From the NCBI GenBank assembly GCA_951406725.2, contig OX597826.1:57970001-58034000 (forward strand): a DNA stretch of 64,000 nt. The letters are read 5' to 3'. The notes beneath the pieces were generated by a model. The model did no database searches, was not told where the DNA came from, and saw nothing but the letters and a program-made list of their open reading frames with translations. Positions 13,480-28,932 of the stretch are shown in pieces. Both the position numbers and the translations under genes were made by a program. Origin of the DNA: Octopus vulgaris (Eukaryota). Numbering within the stretch: the first letter of the stretch is position 1; each line of letters starts with the position of its first letter.

Positions 13480-14063
13480 GATATACTGCTTGTTAACGAG
13501 TCAGTATAATGAGAAATATGGTTAAAGGATTTCGTGTTGAAAGGCAAGTGTGGCATCCTCTAACTAATATCATTAACTAAGTTTTTAAGAACGATTTAGA
13601 GGATAGTTAGAATTTATATAAATATACAGCAATATCCTCCTTAGGTTTACTATATAGGCTTGGGCTGTTTTTGTTAGTTTGTTAGTTTATTTGTTTTTTA
13701 CTAATCCTTAGATACAGAGTTATATCTAAGAAATTAACTATACTTAGATTGAGATCGTCTTTGATCTTTAAGTCTAACTCTGGTTATGTTGACAAGCTCC
13801 TTCCGAAGAGCATCCGTTGGGTGGCTATTTATGCTTCGGAAAATGATTGGTCTATGATCAGGAATGGAGACAGAAATCTGCGAAGTGGATTTTCTTCCGA
13901 TGTAAGCCTAAAGTGTGCAATCATATCAATTCACAAACCTTAGTCCTATCGTGATAGTTTGAAAGAGAAAATACAACATTATGTACAAAACACCAACAAA
14001 TATTTAAAACGTGCGAGTGCGTGTATATGTATGTATGTATATATATATATATATATATATAAT

Positions 14064-14388
<325 letters not shown>

Positions 14389-14451
14389 GTGTGTGTGAAG
14401 AGAGAGAGAGAGAGAGAGAGAGAGCCAGACCGATAGATAGATATACATATA

Positions 14452-14668
14452 CGACGGGGTGCGGAAAAGTTCCTGACTTTGGGTAAAAAGAAATACAGGA
14501 GTATCAGTTAATTAAGATTTTACTCAACATATTCCCGTTTCAAATTCACACACTTATTGCAGTGCTCCTTCAGTTTTTCTAAGCCATGAAAAAGAACCAA
14601 GAACGTTGTGACTCCAGCCAAGCTTTACGCGACATCCTTGCAGTCAGGAGAGTTTCAGCAGCCCTTCG
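14452..14668. mobile_element. Tc1/mariner-type MITE
   Basis: Imperfect 27-bp TIRs (CGACGGGGTGCGGAAAAGTTCCTGACT vs reverse complement CGAAGGGCTGCTGAAACTCTCCTGACT) flanked by TA on both sides. Confidence 0.8.
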
Positions 14669-15004
14669 TATATATTTACGTTTTTAACTATTTATATATA
14701 TTTATTCATATTTATAGATATATATGCATGTACGTATGTATGCTTCTAAACACGTGATGAATTATTCATATGGTTGGGCTAACAAAGGTTACGTAATAGT
14801 ATTTACTAGAAACAGTGACGTTATGAAATAACTTTTTTCACTATCAAACTATTACAAAAATATTTTGGCTTCTTTACTAGAAAATATATAAGTAGATACA
14901 ATACTTTAAACTAAATGTACTTATGTCTAGTTTAAAACTGATGTCCAACTCTTAGTTACCCGAAATTTCAGAGGTATAGCATCTTATATATATATATATA
15001 TATG

Positions 15005-15042
<38 letters not shown>

Positions 15043-15047
15043 CATAT

Positions 15048-15237
15048 ATCACGTGACCGACCAGACCATCAGAAGAAAGAGTGAGAGAAAGAGTGGTGAA
15101 AGAGTGCAGCAGGGATCACCACCCCCTGCTGGAGCCTCGTGGAGCTTTTAGGTGTTTTTGCTCAATAAACACTCACAATCGAAACCGCGATCCTACGACC
15201 GCGAGTCCGCTGCCCTAACCACTGGGCCATTGCGCCT

Positions 15238-15241
<4 letters not shown>
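15048..15241 (-). mobile_element. Family 1 SINE, tail B, internally deleted
   Basis: Head and extreme tail present, two internal deletions relative to 7961-8265. Confidence 0.8.
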
Positions 15242-15278
<37 letters not shown>

Positions 15279-17121
15279 ATTTAATATTACACACACACTC
15301 ATATATATATATATATATTTATATTTTTATAGGAATGCGTATGCGTAGTTATGTACAAAGAATTTTTCTCGTCATTTTGATTCTTTTGTCAAAATTCGAG
15401 TTGATTTTATCATATTTTAATATTTTTCTTAAATAAGGAGGTAGGCTGCAGGCTAAAAGTAGTTGGACAACAATAATATAAAATGAACTTTGTATAAGAA
15501 AACTTACACTAACCAAAATAGAGTATTATTAATACTTTAAAAAGATACTACTCAAAAGATTTCCTCTAATTACCTACCATTCAATCATCGAACAAAACGG
15601 CGAGTAGGGTTTCACTTTGGCTCTTTAAGAGTTCAAACCCACTCAGTTCGGCTTTGTAGAGTTCATAAAATTATGTACCAGTCAAACACTGGATCTATTT
15701 AATCGAGTAACCCTCTTCCCTAAAAATTTCTAGACTTGTGCCAATATTGAAAATTATTAGGGCCATGGATTATCAGAATCATCAGAGCATGCCTCGAGGT
15801 ATTTGCTCTGGTTCTTTACGTTCTGAGTTCAAATCCCGCAGGGAACAATTTGACCATCTATCCTTATAGTATTTACAAAATAAAGTACTAGTAAAGTATT
15901 GGAGTTGATTTAATAGACTAATCCCTGTCCCTCAAAATTTCTGGCCTTGTGCCTAACTTAGAAAAAAGGATTATTATTTTATTGTTGTTGTTGTTTGTGG
16001 TGATGGTGGTATTGTCAATCTTCATTCGTTCTTAGTAGTTTTGAATTACAATTTAAGAAATACCCTGTATCATGCTTCAGTTTTCATTCAGTTCACTCGT
16101 CACCGGAAATGGATTTTGATGGGACTAGATGTTCTGGGAATGTTATGACAGTCACTAGCGTCCCGTCCAGGTGCGAATGGATATTGTTTCTCGTGTCAAG
16201 TTAATGCTACATAAATCGAAGTCATGGTATAAAGATTCCAGATGTCGTGGAGAATATTAACTTATACCTGAATTCGTTTTATACTTACTTCTAACTGAAA
16301 CCAAATAATCGAAACTTATATGACAATATAATTTCGTTTAAGTTACGGGATCATGAACAAACCAACAACGGTTTACAAGTGGCAAGAGTTAAACACAGAG
16401 TCACACTCATACATATACACAGCACGCTGGTCGATCCGGGGCTATAATAGAAGAAATTTGCTCAAAATACATCACACTGGGATTGAACGCGAAACCAAGT
16501 GACTGTGAAGTAAATTCTTCTTAAGAGATGTTCAGAATTATTTAGTTATGTAACAATCGATTATTGCCTCAAAATCTCTTCCATGGTACAGAACTGAATA
16601 GTTTGACGCTATAGAAGAAAACCAAATTGCTTGTACTATGGTGGAAGCTTTGCTGACACTGGTTCAGTAGATCCTTGTTCTGGGTTCCAATCCCACTGAA
16701 GTCAAAATCGACTTTTGTATAATTGGAGTCAATAAATAAGTAATATTTTATACTGAGATTAAACTAAGCCGTTTACTTACAAGTGAGAGGCCTTGTGTTT
16801 AAGTTAGGCTTCAAGACAGTGTTTAACGTATAAGCTAGCTATTACACACCTACACACATCATCTAAGCTTACATAATATACGAGTGTTTATCTATCAAAT
16901 ATTCCAATAATCCAAATAAGAATGTGCCATTTGCCAATAATATATTTATGACAATGTCTATCGTGAAAACCAATAATGATATATTTATGAATGTTTATAG
17001 CATTGGCAAATAATATATACAGTAGAAGTCGCTTATTATAACCATGGATAATGTTATCAACTAGTTGTTGATGCTATAGAAAAGTAATTTGTCACCACAA
17101 TGAGAGATTCTCCTCCTCTCC

Positions 17122-17310
17122 GACCGCGTGTGTACCGTTGGCGATTTTTTTTCCTCCGTCTTCCCTTCTTTGGATCTTTCCTTTTCCTGTTTCTGACGAA
17201 GAGCTCCGCTCGAAACGTTAAGCCATCCTTCTTTCCTTCTTTCCTGAGCGTCCAATAACACTATACTTGTTCCACGTCCTCGCGTTGTTGTGTTTTCATG
17301 TTTGGATTAA

Positions 17311-17312
<2 letters not shown>
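17122..17312 (+). mobile_element. Short hammerhead-bearing element, subfamily H1 (canonical core)
   Basis: GTTT-CTGACGA-A-GAGC-tcc-GCTC-GAAAC-GTT-AAGC at 17189-17223; followed by (TA)n. Confidence 0.8.
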
Positions 17313-17353
<41 letters not shown>

Positions 17354-17699
17354 GATAGATAGATAGATATTGGTTAACTTGTTTCAGTCATGTCAGGGAA
17401 CTTTCTTGAAAGATATTCCACTGGCCAAATTGAACCCAGTGCTTATTTAAAACCTAGTGCTTATTTTAGCGATCTTCTTCGTCGAACTGCTACGTTACGG
17501 AAAGGTAAACAAACCAGTACCTCGATAGACCGGTTGGAAAGCGATGAGATACAGACAGAACGTCACACTCACACATACACACAAGCTGCTACTCGATAAG
17601 AAGTTATAATAGAATAAACTTGCCCAAGGTGCCACGCAGTAGGACTGAAACGATGTGATTGTGCAACAAACTTTTCCTAACACAGCCAAACCAGCGCCC

Positions 17700-17738
<39 letters not shown>

Positions 17739-18442
17739 CACACATATTAGACAATGCAAAACTCTTACAATGCAAAAAAAAATTCTAGCAGAAAACTCTA
17801 GAGTTAAGAACATAAAAAAGATCTTTATATAATATGTAGCGGGTGAGCATATCACATGCTTAGTTATCAGTGGATAGTAATTAATCATAATCTTCGGATA
17901 CAAGTAAAAGAAATAAATTTTGAAAAAAAGGAAAACGAAATCACACCAATCTTATAGCTTATCTCAGGATATCACCTCATCTTTTGGATAAATTCACGTC
18001 TCGATAGACACGTTGCTGCTAGTAACTACTACTGTTAGAACTTTGTTTCAGATTTATCTTGCATCTTATTTTATTTTATTTTTTTTCTTTCTTTCCTATC
18101 TACTATGCACTTGTGTGCACAAGTATCTGTGTATGCCTATGCCTATGCATGTGTGTGCATGCGCATAGGTACGTACTTGTAGAGCCAGTAATTATCTCTT
18201 CGGAATATTTCTATCATCGTTACATTATTACACATTTTTCATCGAAGCAAGCTAGCCAACGTATGCGCACGCAACCACAGCAGGCACACACATAAGTAGA
18301 CTCACGCGCACACACACACACACACACACACAGACACACGTACAGATTGCACACATCTGCTATCGACTCTATGAAATCGAATCTAGCATCTTTAAGACGT
18401 GATCAGTCAGAATAGCGGAGAGAATACATCTACCTATCTATC

Positions 18443-18851
<409 letters not shown>

Positions 18852-19133
18852 AGGTGATGAAAACAAGAGCACATGAAATAGCATTGACAATAATAACAAA
18901 ATATAACAATGAAGGAATAAGACAATAAAACTGATTGACACGAAAGGTTTACACAGTTGCCAAAGAACCATATAAACACACACACGAAAATTGGATAATT
19001 ACTGTACAAATGCATCGATAGAAGAACCTTACTAGAGAACCAACAAAGAAATATATATATATATGTGTGTATGTAGGTATATGTATGTATATATATATAT
19101 ATTGATAGACTACTTATATCCTCATATACAAAA

Positions 19134-19184
<51 letters not shown>

Positions 19185-19224
19185 CGTATATATGTATGTA
19201 TTTTTGTATATGAGGATATATATA

Positions 19225-19309
<85 letters not shown>

Positions 19310-19668
19310 GTACGTATATATGTATGTATTTTTGTATATGAGGATATAAGTAGTCTATCAATATTTAACGAATGAGCACGTCAAAGAAAAAGAAAAACAA
19401 CAAAAAACTGAAAATAAAGAAAAAAAAACATACTCATATACAACAACAGCAACCAAAAACAAAAAAGAAGACGGAAAACAAAAAAAAAATGAAATAAATG
19501 TTGCGAAGTGGAATCATAATCCAAATAAACAACAGACTTTATCGATCACCAATTGTACAATAGCAGAAGAATAATTTAATATTTATCGACGTAATTGTGT
19601 GTGCGGCGCCACTCCATAATTTTCCTCCACGCATACGTTTGTCTTTGACTATTACAAATCACCATTTG

Positions 19669-19719
<51 letters not shown>

Positions 19720-21355
19720 GACACGTATACATATATATATATATATATATACATACCTACGTACGTATATATGTATGAATGTACATACGCAAACACTACT
19801 CTGTTCTTATAAACAAATAAATATCACTTCAGCCAGTCCATCAACCAAATGTAAACGGTACTGTAATAGCTGTGGGAATATCGATTTGTATATGCGTGTA
19901 TATGAATAAAAACATGTATATGTTCGTGCACACATACACATGTACATCTTTATATTCATATTCCACTATACATACATACGTACGTACGTACGTATGTGTG
20001 CATGTATGCATACGCTCAAAAGTATTTATATAAAAGTGTGTATACCGCCTAGCCTCTAATGAACGAAATAAATTAACGCTGTACACATATTGTAAGAGAT
20101 ATAAATACACCTGTGCAGAATTAACACACGAAATGATGACATATACAAGAAAAACTGCTCCTTTCATACACGCATTTTCTTTATTAGGCACTCGGGCCAC
20201 AAATACAGAGGGGACACTACAAGGATAGACACAACACCACAGTGGGGGACAAAAAACACAAAACGAATGAGTATGAATATTATATAATAATGAAAGGTGA
20301 ATGGCTGCATGGGCCCCACTCCTCATGCAGTACCATTTGAACCTTTGTACACACAGTCACTATCTATTGTTTTTTCTTTCCTTAATTATCATTTTTTACC
20401 CCAAAAACTTTTTCCTTCTTAATTTTTTAAACAATTAATTTTACTTTTTTTCCTCTTTAACGACTCATGTAAGGCTCCAGGTCGATTACTGGTGGCAGCT
20501 CATTGAACTCCACCAGTCCTCCAGTTGGGTCAATTCTATCCCCGCACATGTCCCTAAGTTTCTTATAGGTTTCCCTATTGACCACAATGGCCTTCAACAC
20601 TCTCTGGGTACACGTCTTTTGGTAACTTTAACCTTATAATGTACTCGAACTTTACGATTTTTTTCTTCACCTCCTTGTTCTTTCATACACACACCTTACA
20701 AAAATACTCATACTATGTTATATAGAGACACAATGGTTACTTATTTTATTAATTCTTCATTTTATATTTCGTTCAGGAATATCCCAAATTCCCAAACTAG
20801 GGGGGAAATGCTTTTTAAAAACATTCGATACAGACCTGTTGAATAGATTTTAATTATTCACGATATTGAATTTTCACAAAGAGCCCTAAATTTCACACCT
20901 TAGTTAAAAAGAAAAGTCTTTCCGCATCTCGAGTTTAAAACTCACCATAAAGAGTTTTTGTTTTTTTTACGTAACTTTACTTTTGTAAATCTGTAATGAT
21001 CTGATTTCGACTTAGATTTGGTAAGCTTGTGAAGATCGATACATTAGGTATCAGCAATCTAAGGACCCATTTTAAACAAGAGAAAAAGAAAAAAAACATC
21101 TTTTTAAATTCGACTTTTTTCCTATCCCAGAAAATTATAGATAATAATGAAAAAAGCGTGAGAGAAATTTCAAGGCTGTTTTCCCGCGTTGTTTAACTTA
21201 ATGTTAAAATACTTAACGCAGGAAACATTAAAATTAAAAAGTTAATTATATATAAATCATACAGCAAGAAAAAAAAATGGTTATTAATCACTTACTAATA
21301 TTTTCATTTTTCTGTTAGATAGTTTAGCATTTCTTACTAATGTTAATTATATAAA

Positions 21356-21387
<32 letters not shown>

Positions 21388-23223
21388 GACATATTTTATG
21401 GGATTGGTGTAATGAATTAACGAACGATGCAGCCATTACACGGTTGTTTAACTGTAGGAAATAGCAACCAAATTTCCTTCGAACATAACCTACTATCTTA
21501 CACAAGAGAAAATATTCCGTAGTTCTAAATATATTATTTCTGGCCAGATGGTCTCAAAAAGGTTTTTCTTTAATCATAGGTCACCTTCATAAAAACTGCT
21601 GACCGGGTCCCAAACAACTTTAGGTTGGCATTTTTGAAATATTTTAGTCTTCAACTTTTTATTTATTTATTTAATTTTCTTTTTAGTCCGGATAAAAGGC
21701 ATGACTCGTTATAGGGCATCCAAGTCTAGTGGACAGGAGGGGTCATATCCTCTAACTGGAAGTCTGGCCCGAATGCTTACAACAGACGGAACTCCGCTAA
21801 AGGCACTCAATGTGTCAGGTGGTGGTAATAAACAGGGAAATGGATTAAATCTACTATCCAAGTAAGCCACAACAGGATTTGAACTCAAAACGCAAGCACC
21901 CAGAATAAATACCGCAAGACATCCTATCCGACGTTCTTAACAATTCTGCCAATCTGCCTTCATCGACATTGAAAGGATAGAAGTCTAAGTTGACTTCGAT
22001 GGGATTTGAACTCAGAGTGCAGCGAGTCAGAACAAATACTGCAAAATTTCTGTTCGACCCTTTAACGATTCTGCCAATTCGCCGATTGAGCAAGGGAGGC
22101 TTACTTATATAGGATTTGATATAGAGAAATCCTGAAAGTCATCCGATAATATGCAGGACAGCTTGACCATAACAGGCACGGAGCAAATAAATGTCTAAAA
22201 TTCCTCACAGAAAATAAATAAATAAATAAATAGAAAAGGAAAGAAAAGAAAAACTGCCTTAGCCAAAGCTTCTTCTGAAAGGGATTTCTAGTGTCTGTGA
22301 GTGACTTCGTCTCACGATAATCTGTATACAAGGTTAAAACCAATGATTATTTCTAAGAAAAACAAGGAAACGATACAGCAAATTCTAACATGTATTCGTA
22401 CGCTACACCATCGTCTCCACTTCCTCTGCCATGTCTGTTAAACATCTTCACTTTCAGCACTCCCACTCTGATTCTATCGTTACATTATCTCAGGGTGTAC
22501 ATGGGTGTATATATGCATTGTCAGATAACGAAATTCCAGTCGTTTGGAATGGCTGTAAATATACGAACATAGCTCACGTGCAATTGTAACAAGGATACAC
22601 AGATACGCATACACACACATTGTATATACAAATATGTACAAACACACACACACACATACACACACACACACATACACACACATAGAATTATGTGCGCACA
22701 TTTGTAAACACATCATGCACACACGTACTTTAATATAGGCTAAACCGAATGAAAGTAGGAGAGTTATGAAATTTATACAGAAGGAATTTTAGTTTGGAAA
22801 TAATTGATAGAAGAAAATGTCATTCACATGACAGCCATTTTAAACAAAAAAATAAATGAAAAAAACTAAATTCTAAAATTCTGAGCTTTATTTATTCTAA
22901 GCGCAAAAGCAAAAACAAAAATGTTATGAATATTATTATTTTTATACTTCGTAACTGTAAAATACAATTCAGGACTATGTTCAGAAAGTTTATGAACGCA
23001 AAAGAGATATATACACATTAACAACGAACATGTGGCAATGACCGCCACATGTCAATCAAAGCGACCCCAGCATATATATATATATATGTGTCTAATATTT
23101 ATTATATTGATTTCATTTCTCTTCCGAACTGTTAAAGTTACGGGGACATAAACAAACGAACATCCGATGTTAAGCGATGAGAGACAAATACAAACACACA
23201 CACATACATGCACGCCACACACA

Positions 23224-23314
<91 letters not shown>

Positions 23315-23625
23315 GAGGCGGGTTTCCGCACAGTTTATGCCTACCGAATTTTTTCACAAGGCATTCATCGATCCGAACCTATAGTTGAAAACATTCATCC
23401 AAAGTGTCTCACAGTGGGTTTGAACCCGAACTACAAGATTGCGAAGCGAACTACATAACAATACAACACCGCCAGCGTTGACGGTTGTGTAATCTTTCTA
23501 CGAATGCTTCTCTATAATCTTTAAAGAACTAAAACTTCAGTATAATAACGACCGTATGCTTGTGGATGTATATGTATTTACGGGTCTATTCTTTCAACAG
23601 TTTTAATCACAGACTGCACCCATAG

Positions 23626-23858
23626 TATTTCTTTATTGCCCACAAGGGGCTAAACATAGAGGGGGACAAACAAGGACAGACATAGGGATTAAGTCGATTG
23701 CATCGACCCCAGTGCGTAGCTGGAACATTATTTATCGACCCCGAAAGGATGAAAGGCAAAGTCGACCTCGGCGGAATTTGAACTCAGAACGTATCGACAG
23801 ACGAAATACCGCTTAGCACTTTGCCCGACGTGCTAACGTTTCTGCCAGCTCGCCGCCT
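23626..23858 (-). mobile_element. SINE family 2 (MetaSINE-like)
   Basis: Full-length inverse copy; near-perfect TSD GACTGC(A/T)CCCATA at 23612-23624 and 23859-23871. Confidence 0.88.
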
Positions 23859-24242
23859 GACTGCTCCCATATTAGGGCACCGTCTACAAGGGTTTAGTCG
23901 ATGATTTAGATCCCAGAAGTACTTTATCCAGGTCTGGTACTTTTTTTTTTTAATATCGCTTTCTTGAATTGCTAAGTTAGAGGATACAACATGAGTACAA
24001 CTCAAACGGACACAGGGACAAATACACACATATAAACATGGAAATGACACCCGTACAATATGTCGCACAGGGTATCGAACACGGAACCACGTGATTTCAT
24101 ATTCTCTACATGTATTTGAAGTATCGTTATTTTTATTTATTTATTAATTTATTTATGTCAGTTTTATTTTTTTCCAACAATAAACAGTTTGCTTTTATCC
24201 GGTGATAAACGTGTGAGAGTAATCTTATTTTGAAGGAGAACA

Positions 24243-24283
<41 letters not shown>

Positions 24284-24850
24284 TGGGGAAGGAGAGAGAG
24301 AGAGTAACCAAGTCGTGCAACGATGAAATAGCAAACGACAAGTTAAGTAACTCATGCTGAAGAAATTGTCAAAATCCCAAGAGAAAGAAACTCAAAAGTA
24401 ACAAGCCTAGATCGCACGCACACACACACACAGGTCTGTATAACAAACAAGGAATTTGGTATTGAAATGCTGCCAGAGTGAAACCATTTCGATTTTGCAA
24501 GAGACATTCATTAGGTAACAGTGACATTATTTTTATATTCCTGATGGTTGATGGTGTGGAAGGAAGCCGTGAAATAAAATCTCTGGAATCTGGAAAAGTT
24601 CTAGAAAGTAAAATAGCACCGACGGGGTGAAAATAGAATGTGTTTTGAGGAGTTTTTTTTTTCCCCCAAGAAAATTCCAGTTACAGAAATGGAAGTGTAA
24701 ATGTTTAGTTGACTAAACATTTTCAATAATTTATAGTTATAATTATCAGGTTAAACCAAACTGACGAGAATGTGATTATGGTATGGTGGTGGTGGTGGTA
24801 GCAATGGTTTACAAAGAATAATAATTCCTGTTAACAAGAATGTATGTATG

Positions 24851-24882
<32 letters not shown>

Positions 24883-24886
24883 CAAC

Positions 24887-25170
24887 CGTGACCGACCAGA
24901 CTATCAGATGTTGTTACACATCGCTCGCTGGTCACAATGCACTTCGCATTGTTTTAGCCTTCAAATGACGCAACCCCGCTGGTTAAGCGAGCAGGCCAAC
25001 AGAAGAAAGAGTGAGAGAAAGTTGTGGCGAAAGAGTACAGCAGGGATCGCCACCACCTCCTGCCGGAGCCTCGTGGAGAATTAGGCGTTTTCGCTCAATA
25101 AACACTCACAACGCCCGGTCTGGGAATCGAAACCGCGATCGTACGTCCGCGAATCCGCTGCCCTAACCAC
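24887..25170 (-). mobile_element. Family 1 SINE, tail B
   Basis: Inverse match to 7961-8265, lacking the first ~16 nt. Confidence 0.85.
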
Positions 25171-25384
25171 ATACATACATACATACATACATTCCTGTTA
25201 ACAGAAATATATATATATAATCGATGAAGGAAATGGAAGATGGATTTGGAATTAGTCTTTATTCAGCGGAAATACACCCCGACCGTCGATGACACCAGGT
25301 AGCCTAAACTGTGAATGTGCTTTACTCAACACACTAATTGACATATATCCATTAGTCCAAAATATTACACACACATATATATAT

Positions 25385-25584
25385 ACAGTCAATTCAAATA
25401 GACAATTCAAATGAACGAATAATAAAATCAACAGACAACAAGAGGACGTGCACAAGGAATGTATTAGCTTGACACTCGGTAAAAAGAGCTAGTTTGACGT
25501 TTCGAGCATAGCTCTTCGTCGAAAAGGAAAAAAAAAAGGAAAAGTCCAAAGAAGGACAAGAAATTGCAAACACACGTGTGTAGT

Positions 25585-25587
<3 letters not shown>
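25385..25587 (-). mobile_element. Short hammerhead-bearing element, diverged subfamily H3
   Basis: TCGACGA-A-GAGC-tat-GCTC-GAAAC-GTC on the minus strand at ~25522-25496; same layout as H1; 3' end at a TA run. Confidence 0.65.
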
Positions 25588-25616
<29 letters not shown>

Positions 25617-25624
25617 AACATTGT

Positions 25625-25945
25625 AATAAGCGCAGATATTTCTGTATAGTGAAGAAGCTCGCTTTGCAACCATGTGGTTTCAGGTTCAGTCCCACTATAC
25701 ACCATTTTGGATATAGCCCGGGGCTGTCTTCTACTATAGCCCCGAGCTGTCTTATACCTTGTGAGTGAATTTGGCTAACGGAAACTGTGTGGCAGCCCGT
25801 CGTGTATGTGTGTTTATTTCTCACAGTCCCACCGCTTGACAACCGGTGGTTTGTTTACGCTTCTCTAACTTAGCGGTTCGGCAAAAACAATCGATGGAAT
25901 AAGTACTAGACTTTAAAAATAAGTATTGAGCGATTTGTTCGACCA
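25625..25945 (+). mobile_element. Old family 3 SINE (similar decayed copies near 16290-16520, 17385-17697, 23315-23475, 39900-40270)
   Basis: Degenerate matches to head and tail motifs. Confidence 0.65.
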
Positions 25946-26014
25946 ATAATAATAACAACAACAACATAAAAAAACTACCTTACGAATGAAAACCCAGGTT
26001 CAAAATTTCCCCAA

Positions 26015-26060
26015 GACACCTGATGAATGCTGGAGGGAATATTAGCCGAAACGTTGTGTT
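26015..26060 (+). ncRNA. Minimal type I hammerhead ribozyme motif (separate family)
   Basis: GACAC-CTGATGA-at-GCTG...TAGC-c-GAAAC-GTT-GTGTT: intact core, stem I GACAC/GTGTT, stem II GCTG/TAGC. Confidence 0.65.
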
Positions 26061-28899
26061 AACAACAAATAAAATGAGGGCACATATCCGTCAAATGTAA
26101 ATAATATAATTGTTTTTCTCTTCACGAGATCAGGACTGTGTGTCGCTTTAAAAGTATAAATTGTAAACAAGAATGAGTGGCTGCTATATTTAGCCGGCGT
26201 TTGTCCTGTACCAACAAAGAGAAATTACCCAGAAATCATTGGTCTACAAGTATCGCTAAAGATAGAAAGGAGGCAATAGACTCCTTTGCTCACTGTATAC
26301 AGACACAGATCATGTGTCGGTAGCCAGCTGGAAAAGAAGCTTTCCTGGGGCTAAAAAGCAGCAACATCGTCCTATGCAGGACTGTCACTTTGCGTTGGCA
26401 AATAGACTTTACTACACACACACGCACAGTGGAAGCAATAATTAATTATTCATTTATATATTTCTTAAGATTAACCATTATAATATTTCGGTCATTAGTC
26501 CTCTATCACAGAAAAAAGAAAGAAGGGAAGGCATAGAGAGAATACGAAAAAGAAATAATTAGTGTATAAAAAGAAAATACAAAAAAAGCGGGGAAAGGAC
26601 ACACTCACACCGTAGTTCAGAAAACGTTTTGGCGTTGAAACCTCTGAACAATTGTGAGGTATATAACATTCTGTCACTACTCAGTGTTTCTCGTCCCGTG
26701 CGATGATCGTTCAGGTGACTGATTGCCGCTTTAAAGTATCCCACACGGGAAGAAGCTGAGTTTTGACAGAGTGAATCATCAGCTGTTTCCAAATAAATAA
26801 ACTATAATGTGTATTGAGTACTCTTTCCCTCGATTATAACCCCCAAACACACATCACACACACACACACATCATCAATTATTGCTCACGAGCATTTTTGA
26901 CTGAAAACGTCGTCAAGTGTCTGGATTTTCTACAAGACTTTTCTTTTAATTTTTTTTTTCTGCTTGTATCATCCATCATACGTGATTAGCCTCAATGATC
27001 CCAAAAGGAGAAAAGGAGGAAGTGAAAAATGTGGGGCGTCTGAAGTCTTCACGCCTTTCTACAGAGTGTTAGCAATGTGAAGTCAAAAGAAATTTCTTCC
27101 AACCAAAAATCAAAACAGTGTCGCCAACACATATTGCCCTCTAACTAACTTTCCTTAACATTCCTAATCTGTTGTTGATGTCTTACTTAAGGATATCATC
27201 AGTAGGGTTAAATGAACTGAAAAGTTTCCATTCTGGAATCAAAACCGTTATTAAAAAAGTAACAACCTAATAAGCGAAATTAAATAGTTTCAACTAGGAA
27301 TCGAAACACACATCATTAGCTCCATCCACAAAGCTGTATTTGTCCATAAAATTGACAAAGTAATGCAGTATCACAGAATATCGAAACCGAAGCAAGAACG
27401 TTGACTAACTTTGCTGAAAGCTTGACAAACTGCACTACGACATCCAAAACAATTTATTAGTTAATAATCAGTTTCTTTACTTTTCGTTAAGCGAGAAGGT
27501 GAGATTGATATATTGTTATTTGAATTGTATATTAGGTTATGCATTTAATCGACTTGAAATAGTGAGAAGTAACGTCTGTGAAAAATAAGGCTTTTAACTC
27601 TTAATGCTGAACGAAATAAGACTAGATTCAGTGTAAAAACGAAGTGGATTTAGTATATCTGACTATCAGTACTTCGATATTAAAATTAGATCCATTTAAA
27701 GCATTCAGGTGCAGTATATAGAGGAATTTACTTTATTCACTGGTCGCGTTTCAATTTATTTATCGGACGAAAAATAGAAGGTTACACGATATGGACATCC
27801 AGCATCTTATTTTGCACGAAGTACTTTTGTTCTACTCAACACCTTAGCAAGGGAGCTGAACTCAGGTTCTTAAAATGCTTCTCTGGTCTTAAGAATTATA
27901 TTTATAATCCATGCAAGAGAAACGAGGTAGTTGGAAACTGTGGAAGCACGTCGTATGCACTCTACTGGTGATTCCGTCACCCAATTTGTCATAACCAGCG
28001 TGACACTGCGACGAAGCTAGACCATCGAATCCCAGATACGATCCATTCGACGGACTGCAGCGTAGTTTCCAACTGCTTAAATTTTTTCGAGCGGAATGTA
28101 TCATATAACCTGGCCTTGTCCGTTACACAATGCCATACTGATTCTGTCCGAAGATTACGTTAAGAGTACAACTGTATGTGGAATGCTCGGTCACTTACAC
28201 ACACGTAATTCAATCAGTCGATAGTTCTGTTTTATCGAACGACTAAATGGAACGCTTACAACATCAAAATCGACGCGCGAGTCTATCAGTTTACAAGCGA
28301 AGAAATGTAACCCAGCTATCTGTTTCAATCGATTTCTGACATAGAAATAGTGCCGACAGAGGTAATGTCAAGTTCACGTATTAACAATCGGTACTTCCAA
28401 ACTGGGTATGTTGGAACTGGGTCGGTGCCGTTGCGTACTAGATAACTCTATTCTACTAGCGTACAAGACAAGCCTCTATTATTTTCTCTCTTTTTTTTTT
28501 TTTTCTCTTTTAACTGGAGGCGAGAAATATAGTCTTTTGTTGATAATGATGAGATATGAAAGAAGGACAAGTTAAGGGAGAGAGAGAGAGGTAGGAAGAG
28601 TCTGAAATACGGAACATTAGACAATGTGAAACGTCCGAATCAATACCTTAGCGATGTCGCTCATCATTGCAGAACAGTTATGGCTTATACCACCACCACC
28701 ACCACCACCACTACTACTACTACTATTACTACTACTACTACTACTACTACTAATAATAATAATAATAATAATTAATTCTTTTTATTGGCCACAAGGGCTG
28801 ACAAATATGATTGGAAAACATAAAGGGACAAAACAGGACGAAAGGTTACAAAAGGTTTTGTCCGTTTGTGAAAAAAACCCGAGTAAAAAGCAGTTTAAC

Positions 28900-28929
<30 letters not shown>

Positions 28930-28932
<3 letters not shown>

